A stretch of DNA of 64,000 bases from Anaeromyxobacteraceae bacterium (lineage in GTDB: Bacteria; Myxococcota; Myxococcia; Myxococcales; Anaeromyxobacteraceae). Under the pieces are notes generated by a model. The model did not search any database. It saw only the letters and a list, made by a program, of their open reading frames with translations, and had not been told where the DNA came from. Shown in pieces: positions 39,507-49,900 of the stretch. The number at the start of each line of letters is the position of its first letter. The first letter of the stretch is position 1. The stretch spans positions 512,001 to 576,000 of the forward strand of contig JAULAX010000017.1 of NCBI GenBank assembly GCA_032654565.1, read 5' to 3'. The position numbers and the translations under genes were made by a program.

Positions 39507-40957
39507 CCACCTCCCCGGCCCGCGACGCCTCCGGTGGCCTGCCGGTGCTGGTCGCCGGCGGCGGCCCGGCCGGCCTGACCGCGGCGCTGACCCTGGCCCG
39601 GGCCGGGCGCCAGGTGGTGGTGGCGGAGTGCGCCGACGGGGTGGGCGGCCTGGCCCGCACCGTGGAGCGGAGCGGCTACCGCTTCGACATCGGCGGCCAC
39701 CGCTTCTTCACCCGGGTCCCCGAGGTCCAGGCCCTCTGGGACGAGCTGCTCGGCCCCGACATGCTGGTGCGCCGGCGCCGCTCGCGCATCCTCTTCAACG
39801 GCCGGTACTTCGACTACCCCATCACCGCCGGGAGCGCCCTCTCCGGCCTGGGCCCGGTGGAGAGCGCCCGCATCCTGCTCGGCTACCTGGCCGCCCGGCT
39901 CCGCCCCATCCGGCCCGAGGCCACCTTCACCGACTGGGTCACCAACCGCTTCGGCCGTCGCCTCTTCGAGACCTTCTTCCGCACCTACACCGAGAAGGTC
40001 TGGGGGATGCGCTGCGAGGAGATCGGCGCCCAGTGGGCGGCGCAGCGAATCCGGGGGCTGTCGCTCCGGGCCGCCATCGCCGACATGCTCCGGCGCGGCG
40101 CCGGCGGCCACCGCACCCTGGTGACCGAGTTCCAGTACCCGCGACTCGGCCCGGGGATGCTCTGGGAGCGGATTCGCGCCGAGCTGGAGGCTCTGGGGCA
40201 GCGGGTGCTGCTCGGCCACCGGCTGGTGGAGGTGCGCCACCAGGGCGGCGCCGTCGGCGAGGTGACGCTGCAGGGACCTTCCGGGCCGGTGGTGCTCCCG
40301 GTCTCCGGGCTGATCTCCACCATCCCGCTGCGCGACCTCACCGCCGCCTTCTCGCCGGCCCTCCCGGCGCCGGTCGCGGCCGCGGCCCGCGCCCTGCGCT
40401 ACCGCGGCTTCCTGGCGGTGGCCACCATCCTCGACGGCGCCGAGCCCTTCCCGGACACCTGGCTCTACCTGCACGACGCCGTGATCCGGGCCGGTCGCAT
40501 CCAGAACTTCCGCGCCTGGAGCCCGGAGCTGCTCCCCCGCGCCGACCGCGCCTGCCTCGGCCTCGAGTACTTCTGCTGGGCCGGCGACGAGCTGTGGCGG
40601 AGCAGCGACGCCGAGCTGGTCGAGGTGGCGGCCCGGGACCTCGAGGCGCTCGGCTTCGCCCGGCGCGCGCAGGTGCTGGAGGGGCACGTGGTCCGCATGG
40701 CCGAGGCCTACCCGGTCTACGACGACGGGTTCGTGGAGCGGCTCCGGGTCATCCGCGAGGGGCTGGCGCCGCTCGGCAACCTGGTGGTGGCCGGCCGCAA
40801 CGGCATGCACCGCTACAACAACATGGACCACTCCATGCTCACCGGCATGCTGGCGGCGCGCCACCTGATGGGCGAGCCGCACGACGTCTGGACCGTCAAC
40901 GCCGACGACCAGGAGGTCGAGCCGCCGGCGGTGCCGGCCGGCGACTCGACGGGCTGA
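39503..40957 (+). CDS. FAD-dependent oxidoreductase (UDP-galactopyranose mutase/HemY-like superfamily)
   Basis: GGGPAGL, GGLART, FDIGGHRFF, YTEKVWG, AYPVY, GRNGMHRYNNMDHSM. Confidence 0.85.
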   Translation: MTTSPARDASGGLPVLVAGGGPAGLTAALTLARAGRQVVVAECADGVGGLARTVERSGYRFDIGGHRFFTRVPEVQALWDELLGPDMLVRRRRSRILFNGRYFDYPITAGSALSGLGPVESARILLGYLAARLRPIRPEATFTDWVTNRFGRRLFETFFRTYTEKVWGMRCEEIGAQWAAQRIRGLSLRAAIADMLRRGAGGHRTLVTEFQYPRLGPGMLWERIRAELEALGQRVLLGHRLVEVRHQGGAVGEVTLQGPSGPVVLPVSGLISTIPLRDLTAAFSPALPAPVAAAARALRYRGFLAVATILDGAEPFPDTWLYLHDAVIRAGRIQNFRAWSPELLPRADRACLGLEYFCWAGDELWRSSDAELVEVAARDLEALGFARRAQVLEGHVVRMAEAYPVYDDGFVERLRVIREGLAPLGNLVVAGRNGMHRYNNMDHSMLTGMLAARHLMGEPHDVWTVNADDQEVEPPAVPAGDSTG

Positions 40958-40961
40958 CTCC

Positions 40962-43900
40962 CTACCAGGCCTCGCCGCCCGAGGCCAGGTTGCTGTGCTC
41001 GTTGGTGCAGGTGGTCCCGGTGCTGTTGAGGACCAGGTTGGCGCCGAAGGTGTAGCTGTCCTTGCCGGTCTTCACGAAGCCCTTCAGGGCCGGGGTGATC
41101 ACCCCGCTCTTGTAGCGGGCCGGTGCGTTGGGCGTGAGGATGAGCCGGCTCACCTTGCCGCCGTGCGGCACCCGGAGGTGGCAGGAGATGCAGGAGAAGA
41201 AGGCGTTGGGGCTGCCGGTGTGGGTGTTGCTGGTGCCGATGAGCCGGTGGACGGCGTTGGAGCCAGCGCTGTTGGGCACCGGGTGGCAGTTGAGGCAGAA
41301 CAGCTTGTTGGGGGCGGTGCCCGTGGCGGCGCTGGAGACCAGCCACAGGGTCCCGGTGTTGCCACCGTTCTGCGAGGCCTGCGTGTAGGGCCAGGCCCGG
41401 TTGGCCCCCCTCAACATGAACTTCACCGCCGAGCCGTGCGGCCCCTGCGTGGCCGGGCTGGCCACGTCGCCGCCGTGGCAGTCGGAGCAGGTCATGGTGT
41501 TGCCCGGCGTCCAGGGGGCGACCAGCTGGGCCGCCACCAGCTGGTTGCTGGCGGTGGCGCTGCTGTCGGTGCCGGCTGGCAGCGCCGACGCCACCGGGTG
41601 GCGCGACTGGTTGGCGGGGCTGAACTCGAGCGCCAGGTCGGTCCAGTTGGCGGTGCCGGCCACCCCGCCCCAGGTGCCGGTGCCGCCCCAGGCGGCCAGG
41701 CCGGTGTTGGCGCCGGAGTGGCACTTGAAGCAGATCTGGTACTCGTAGGTCGAGGCGGCGGTGGCGGCGTAGGCGGTCGGCGCCGTGAAGTTGGCGACGC
41801 TCCAGGTCGGAACGACGCCGGTGACGCCGGTGATGGCGCCCCAGACCAGGTTGCTGTTGCTGGCCGGCTTGGCCGGGAGCGTCTTGGCGGCGTGCGGCTC
41901 GTGGCAGTCCTCGCACTCCACGTGCTTGGTCCCGCCGGCCCCGGCCGCCGCCTCGGTGGGCTGGTGGATCAGGTCGTAGCCGCCGACGTTGTGCTTGTTG
42001 ACGTGGAGCGGGTCGTTGAAGGCCTGGAAGACGTTCTGCGCGGCCGCGCTCATCACCGTGGCGTTGAAGTAGTCACGGTTGGCGACCGTCTTCACCGGCC
42101 CGGCGCCCGGGGTGGTGTCGGTGGTCAGGTGGTGGCAGCGGTAGCAGTGGTCCTCGGCGTGGTCGTCCACCGGCGTGGTCTGGCCCATGGGGTTGCGGAG
42201 CCGGCGATCGACGCTGGTGTGCAGGGCGAACTCGAAGGCGCCGCTCTGCTTCTCCGGGTAGGTGGCGGTCTGCCGGTCGGAGTGGCACTTCATGCAGACG
42301 GCGCTGAAGGCCGAGGCCCCGGTGGTGATGCTGCCGGCCACCGCGTAGGCGTGCGACGAGGCCGCGAAGCTGGCCCCGTCGATGACGTGGGTCAGGGTGT
42401 TCCCGGCCCCGGCGTAGGTCTTCTGCGCGGTGGTGCTCTTCACCAGCCCGCCGGCGGTGGCGTGGCAGGACAGGCAGAGCCCGGCGGTGCCGGAGAAGTC
42501 GGTGTTGGCGTAGTTGCCGGTGGCCGGGGCCACCTTGGTGGGCGCCGTGGCGATGGTGGTGCGCAGGTTGGCGCCGCGCCCCAGGGTGTTGGCGGCGTTG
42601 AGCGCCGGGTTGAAGACGTCGTGGTCGGCGTGGCACTGCAGGCAGGCCTGGCCGGTGGCCGTGAGCGGGTAGGTCTTGAAGGCCGCGCCCTCCGCCACCA
42701 CGTGGTGGTAGACGGTGGTGTCGCTCACCATCCTGCCGTAGGCGGCGCCGGTGGCGGCGTCGGTCTTGTGGCAGTTGAGGCAGGGCGAGCCGCCCGACGA
42801 CTCGCCGCCGTCGAGCGAGCCGTTGATGTGGATGAGCTTGGCGGCGGCCGACAGCGCCGTGGCCGCGCCCGGGCTGTCCGGGTAGCCGGGGTGGCACTGG
42901 CTGCAGGCGGCATTGACCGGGTGGGCCGCCGCGACCGGAGGCAGGCCGTGGCAGTCACCGCAGAGCACGGTGCCGGCCGCCACCCACGACGGGGTCTGGT
43001 TCAGGCCGACCACCGTGTCGGCGCGCGGCGAGTGGCAGTAGGTGCTGGCGCACGAGCCGCCGACGACGCCGCCGGACCCGGTGGTGCTGCCTGCGTAGGT
43101 CGGAGTGCGGGCCCCGAAGGCGGCGCCGCTCGCCAGGTTGCCCCAGGCGATGGTGGCGCGGGCCCCGCCGGTGCCGCCGCCGAGGGCGTGGGTGGTGTCG
43201 GTGTCGCTCGCCGGCAGCGTGTGGCACTCGGTGCAGGCCAGCGAGGTCGACCGGAAGGTGGTGCCGGCGAGGTGGGCCCGGTGGGCGCCGACGCCTGGGG
43301 CGGTGGTGGCGGTCTGGCCGGTGGTGTCGACGGTGTTGGTGCCGGTGGCGCCGGGGGCGGCCCCCGTCGGGTTGGCGCGGACCACGCCGGCCAGCGACAG
43401 CTCGCCGTGGCAGGCGGTGCAGCCGGAGGTGGTCTTGGTGGTGAGGCCGTCCACGTGCGTGGCGGCCGCGGCCGCCGTCAGCGTGGTGGTGGTGACCCCG
43501 GCGTGGCAGCTGGCGCAGCTGGTGTTCTGCGGGTGCGGGTGGGCCGGCTGCGGCGCCGCCGCCGACTGGCCGTGGCAGTCGTTGCAGCCGAGCTTGGTCG
43601 GCGTGCCGGTGCCCCAGCCGACGGTGTTCCCGGCCGGCTTGCCGTAGGTGAACTGGCCGTGACAGTAGGTGTTGGAGCAGGTCTTGGTGGCCGCGGAGTA
43701 GGCGACCGGGGCGGCGGCCCGGGCGGTGGCCAGGTTGCCGAAGGCCACCGGGTTGACGGCCGGGGCGTGCGGAGCGGTGAGCGGCACCAGCCCGCTGTGG
43801 CAGTTGACGCAGCGGAGGGCGCTGGAGAAGGCCGGCGCGGTCCCCTGGTTGACGTGGGCCAGGTGGGCCCCGACCACGTTGCCGCTGGCCGCGTTGGTGG

Positions 43901-46900
43901 AGTCGACCGGCGGCGCCGACAGGGCCAGGTTGGCGCCGAGGGCGTCGAGCTCGGTGGCCGAGCCGGCCACGGTGCGCCCGGCGGTGCCGTGGCAGGAGGT
44001 GCAGGTCTGCGGCACCACGTCGAGCAGGCCGTTCATGTGCGTGGCCAGGTTGACGGTCGAGGTGCCGTAGCCGGTGTGGCAGTTGCCGCAGAGGGCGTTG
44101 TTGGGGTGGGTGCCGCCCGGCGGGCTGGCCACCGCCCCGGCGGTCCGGCCATGGCAGGAGTTGCAGGTGATGGTCCCGGCCGCGGTCCAGGCAGGCGAGG
44201 CGTTCAGGCCGTTGGTGAAGTTGCCGTGGCAGTAGGTGGAGGCGCAGGAGCCGCCGGTGGTCCCGCCGGCGCCGGTGGTGCTGGTGCCGTAGGTCGGCGT
44301 GACCGGGCCCCCCGACCAGTTGTTGGTGGAGCGGGTGGCCAGGGTGCCGAAGGTGAGCGTGGCCCTCGCCCCGCCGCTGCCAGCGCCGGTGCCGTGGCTG
44401 ACGTCGGTGTCTGTCGCGGGCAAGGCATGGCACTCGGTGCAGGCCAGGGCGTTTCGGATCGACCCGTTGGTCAGGTGGACCCGGTGGACGCCGACGCCGG
44501 CCGAGGCGGTGAGGGTCTGGCCGGTGGTGTCGACGGTGTTGGTGCCGGTGGCGCCGGGGGCGGCCCCCGTCGGGTTGGCGCGGACCACGCCGGCCAGCGA
44601 CAGCTCGCCGTGGCAGGCGGTGCAGCCGGAGGTGGTCTTGGTGGTGAGGCCGTCCACGTGTGTGGCGGCGGCCGCCGCCGTCAGGGTGGTGGTGGTGACC
44701 CCGGTGTGGCAGCTGGCGCAGCTGGTGTTCTGCGGGTGCGGATGGGCCGGCTGCGGCGCCGCCACCGACTGACCGTGGCAGGCGTTGCAGCCGAGCTTGG
44801 TCGGCGTCCCGGTGCCCCAGCCGACGGTGTTCCCGGCCGGCTTGCCGTAGGTGAACTGGCCGTGACAGTAGGTGTTGGAGCAGGTCTTGGTGGCCGCGGA
44901 GTAGGCGACCGGGGCGGCGGCCCGGGCGGTGGCCAGGTTGCCGAAGGCCACCGGGTTGACGGCCGGGGCGTGCGGAGCGGTGAGCGGCACCAGGCCGCTG
45001 TGGCAGTTGACGCAGCGGAGGGCGCTGGAGAAGGCCGGCAGGTCGCCCTGGTTGACGTGGGCCAGGTGGGCCCCGACCACGTTGCCGCTGGCCGCGTTCG
45101 TCGAGTCGACCGGCGGCGCCGACAGGGCCAGGTTGGCGCCGAGGGCGTCGAGCTCGGTGGCCGAGCCGGCCACGGTGCGCCCGGCGGTGCCGTGGCAGGA
45201 GGTGCAGGTCTGCGGCACCACGTCGAGCCGCCCGTTCAGGTGCGTGGCCAGGTTGACGCTCGAGGTGCCGTAACCGGTGTGGCAGTTGCCGCAGAGGGCG
45301 TTGTTGGGGTGGGTGCCGCCCGGCGGGCTGGCCACCGCCCCGGCGGTCCGGCCGTGGCAGGAGTTGCAGGTCATGGCCGTGGTCGAGGTCCAGACCGGCG
45401 TGGCGGTGGTGGCGCCGTTGGTGAAGTTGCCGTGGCAATAGGTGGCGGCGCAGGAGCCGCCGGTGGTCCCGCCGGCGCCGGTGGTGCTGGTGCCGTAGGT
45501 CGGCGTGACCGGGCCCCCCGACCAGTTGTTGGTGGAGCGGGTGGCCAGGGTGCCGAAGGTGAGCGTGGCCCTCGCCCCGCCGGTGCCGGTGCCGGTGCCG
45601 TGGCTGACGTCGGTGTCTGTCGCGGGCAAGGCGTGGCACTCGGTGCAGGCCAGGGCGTTGCGGTTGGTCCCGGCCGTCAGGTGGGCCTTGTGGGCGCCGA
45701 CTCCGGCCGAGGCCGGGAGCGTCTGGCCGGTGGTGTCGACGGTGTTGGTGCCGGTGGCGCCGGGGGCGGCTCCCGTCGGGTTGGCGCGGACCACGCCGGC
45801 CAGCGACAGCTCGCCGTGGCAGGCGGTGCAGCCGGAGGTGGTCTTGGTGGTGAGGCCGTCCACGTGCGTGGCGGCGGCCGCCGCCGTCAGCGTGGTGGTG
45901 GTGGCCCCGGCGTGGCAGCTGGCGCAGGTGGTGTTCTGCGGGTGCGGGTGGGCCGGCTGCGGCGCGGCCACCGACTGGCCGTGGCAGGCGTTGCAGCCGA
46001 GCTTGGTGGTCGGGGTCGAGGTGACCAGCCAGCCGACCGGATTGGCCCCCTTGCCGTAGCTGAAGTTGCCGTGGCAGTAGGTGTTGGAGCAGGTCTTGGT
46101 GGCGGTGTTGTAGCCCAGCGGCGTCGCCGCGCCGCCGTCGATGGCGATGTTGCCCCAGACCACCGGGCTGGGCGGGATGGGGTGTGGCGCCACGTTCCAG
46201 ACCAGGCCGCTGTGGCAGTTCTCGCAGCGGAAGGCATTGGAGAGGGCCGGCAGGTTGGACTGGTTGACGTGCGCCTGGTGCGGGCCGACGACGTTGCCGC
46301 CCGCCTGGCCGTTGGTGTCGACCGGCGGCGCCGCCCGGACCAGGTTCTGGCCGTTGACGTCGGTCCAGGTGGCCGAGGCCACCGGCACCTGGGTCACGTC
46401 GCCGTGGCAGGAGCTGCAGCTCAGGGGACCGTACTCGAGCGTGCCGTTGAGGTGGGTGAGCGGATTGACGATGGTGCCGGAGTTGCCGGAGTGACACTTG
46501 CTGCAGTCGGTGCTGGCCTGCGGGTGGCTGCCGCCGGGGAGCGTGGCGGTGGTGACGGTGGCGAGGCCGGCGCCGTGGCAGGAGTTGCAGGTGAGGCCGG
46601 GCGCCGCCGTCCAGCTCATGGTCGCCTTCTTGCCGTTCTTGAACTGGCCGTGGCAGTAGGTGGAGGCGCAGCTGCCGGCGACGTTGGCGAGGGTGCCGGT
46701 GGTGCTGCCGGCGTAGGCCGGGGCCACCAGCTCGTTGTTGAAGGTGGCGCCGACGCCCCGGGCCAGGTTGCCCCAGGCCAGCGTGGCGCGGGCGCCGCCG
46801 CTGCCGCCGCCGACGGCGTGGGTGGTGTCGGTGTCGCTGGGCGGGAGCAGGTGGCACTCACCGCAGGCCAGGACGGCCCGGTAGGTGGTGTTGACCAGGT

Positions 46901-49900
46901 GGGCCCTGTGGGCGCCGGTGCCGGCCGAGGTGGTGGCGCCGGAGCGGCCGGCGGTGTCGACGGTGTTGGTGCCGGTGGCGCCGGGGGCGGCGGCCAGCGG
47001 GTTGAGCAGCGTCACGCCGGCCAGCGGCAGCTCGCCGTGGCAGGAGGTGCAGCCGCCGGTGGTCCTGGTGACCAGGCCGTCGACGTGGGTGGTGACCGCC
47101 GCCCCCGTCAGCGTGGTGGCGGTGGCCCCGGCGTGGCAGGCGCCGCAGGTGGCGTTGGACGGGTGCGGGTGGGCCGGCGGCGTGGCGTGGCAGGCGGTGC
47201 AGCCGAGCTTGGTGGCGGGGCTGGAGCCGGTGCCCCAGGCGATGGGGTTGGCGCCGTTGCCGCCGGCGAACTGGCCGTGGCAGTAGGTGGAGCTGCAGGT
47301 GTGGGTGGCCGGGGTGTAGGTCATCCCGGCGGCCGGGGCGATGTCACCGAAGGTGACGGTGGTGGTGTTGTCGGAGTGGGTGCCGGTGGTGGGGACCACG
47401 TGGCAGGCGACGCAGCGCACGGCGTCGGAGAGCGCCGGCGGCGCGGCCTGCTGGTTGACGTGGGCCAGGTGGGCGCCCACCTGGTTGCTGGTGGTCACGC
47501 CGCGCGGCGGCGCCGCCAGCGCCAGCAGCCGGTTGGGGACCTGGCCGTCCATGTCGACGGCGCTGGCCGCCACGGTCCGGTTGACGTCGCCGTGACAGCC
47601 GGAGCAGGTCTGGTCGACCACGTCGAGCCGGCCGTTGAGGTGGAGGGTGGCGCTGGCGACGGTGTTGCTGTAGCCGGGGTGGCAGAGCGAGCAGGTGCTG
47701 TTGCCCTGCGGGTGGCTGCCGCCGGGGAGCGAGGCGGAGGCGCCGGCGGTGGCGCCGTGGCAGGAGTTGCAGGTCATGGCGCCGACGGTGGTCCAGCCGA
47801 GGCCGGCGGTCCCCTTGCCGTTGACGAAGTTGCCGTGGCAGTAGGTGGAGGCGCAGGAGCCGGCGGTGGCGCCACCGCTCCCGGAGGTGGAGCCCGTGTA
47901 GGTGGGCGAGACCGGCAGGCCGGACCAGCCGTTGCCGGCCCCGGTGGCGAGGTTGCCAAAGGTGACGGTGGCGCGCGAGCCGCTGGCCGGCACCGCGCCG
48001 GTGGCGTGGCCGGTGTCGCCGTTGGACGGCGGCAGGGCGTGGCACTCGGTGCAGGCGATGGCGACGTGGGCGATGACGCCGGCGCCGAGGTGGGCCTTGT
48101 GGGCGCCGACGCCGGGCGAGGTGGCGGCGGCCTGGCCCACGGTGTCCATGGTGTTGGTGCCGGTGACGCCGGGGGCCGCGGCCACCAGGTTGTTGGTCAG
48201 GGTGACGCCGGCCGCCGGCAGCTCGCCGTGGCAGGAGGTGCAGCCGCCGGTGGTCCTGGTGACCAGGCCGTCCACGTGGGTGGCGGTGGCGGCGGCGGAG
48301 AGCACGCCGGCGCCGACGCCGGCGTGGCAGGTGGCGCAGGTGAGGTTCTGCGGGTGCGGGTGGGCCGGCTGCGGCGCCGTCGGCGACTGGCCGTGGCAGG
48401 CGCTGCAGCCCCGCTTGGCCGGCGTGCCGTCACCCCAGGCGACCACGTTCGCCTGCAGGCCGCCAGGGAACTGGCCGTGGCAGTAGGTGGAGCTGCAGGT
48501 CTGGGTGCTGGCGTTGTAGGGGAGCGCGCCGCCGCCCAGGTTGGCGATGTCGCCCCAGACGATGGTGGCGGTCCCCAGCCCGAGGTGGTTCGGCACCACG
48601 TGGCAGGCGGCGCAGCGCTGGGCGTTGGAGAGCGCCGGCGGCGTGGCCTCCTGGTTGACGTGGGCCAGGTGGGCCCCCACCTTGTTGCCGCTGCTGGCCC
48701 GGGCCAGGTCGAGGGGCGGCGCGGCCAGGACCAGGCGGGCCCCGGCGGGATCGAGCTCGGTGGCGCTGGCCGCCGCGATGCGCGACGGGAGGCCGTGGCA
48801 GCTGGTGCAGCTGACGCCGGCCGCCTGCACCTGGCCGTCGATGTGGGTGGCCTTGACCACCTGGCTGTCGCTGTACCCGAGGTGGCAGTTGCCGCAGAGC
48901 GTGCTGTTGATGTGGCTGCCGCCGGGCGGCGTGGCGGTGAGGCCGGTGCCGCGGCCATGGCAGGAGTTGCAGTTCAGGCCGGTGGCGGTCCAGCTCACCG
49001 CGTTGTTGGTCTTGCCGTTCTTGAACTGGCCGTGGCAGTAGACCGAGTTGCAGGAGCCGGCGGTGGCCCCGTAGGCGGCCGAGCTGGAGCCGGAGTAGAC
49101 CGGCGCCGGCAGCTCGTTGTTGAAGGAGGCGCCCACCCCGCGGGCCAGGTTGCCGAAGGCCATGGAGGCGCGGGCGCCGCTGAGGACGTTGCCGCTCATG
49201 CCGACGCCGGTGGCGTGGGAGACGTCGGTGTTGGACGGCGGCAGGGCGTGGCAGTCGATGCAGGTCAGCGCCGCGGCGCGGTAGGTGGTGCCGGCGAGGT
49301 GGGCGAGGTGGGCGCCGACGCCGGGGGCGGTGGCCAGGCCCTGGCCGGTGGTGTCGGCGGAGGTGAGCTGGTTGCCGCCGCCGGGGGCGGCCGGGACCAG
49401 GCCGACGGTGAGGGTGACGCCGCTGGCGGCGCGATCGCCGTGGCACTGGGTGCAGCCGCTCACCACCAGGTTGAGGGCGGCGTTGACGTGGGTGCTCCGG
49501 GCCGTGCCGGTGACGCCGGTGGTGGCGTACCCGGCGCCGTGGCAGTTGGCGCAGACCGGGTTCTTCGGGTGGGTGGCGCCGGCGGCGGCGGAGAGCGGCG
49601 GCGGGGCGGCGTGGCAGGTGCCGCAGGCCACCTGGGTGGCGTCGCCGGTCCAGAGCGGCGACTTGTTGGTGCCGCCGGCCGCGGTCAGCGAGGCGCCGTG
49701 GCAGTAGTTGGTGCAGGTCGGGCTGGGGGTCTCCCAGGCGGCGACGGCGAGCGCGCCGGACAGGGGCGTCGGGACCACGTTGCCGGCGGTGGCCGGCGAG
49801 CTCCAGAGCAGGTCGACCTGGCCGTTGGCGTGACGCAGGGCGCCCGGCATCACGTGGCAGACCAGGCAGGAGTAGCCGGCGGCGACCAGCGGGGCGACGT

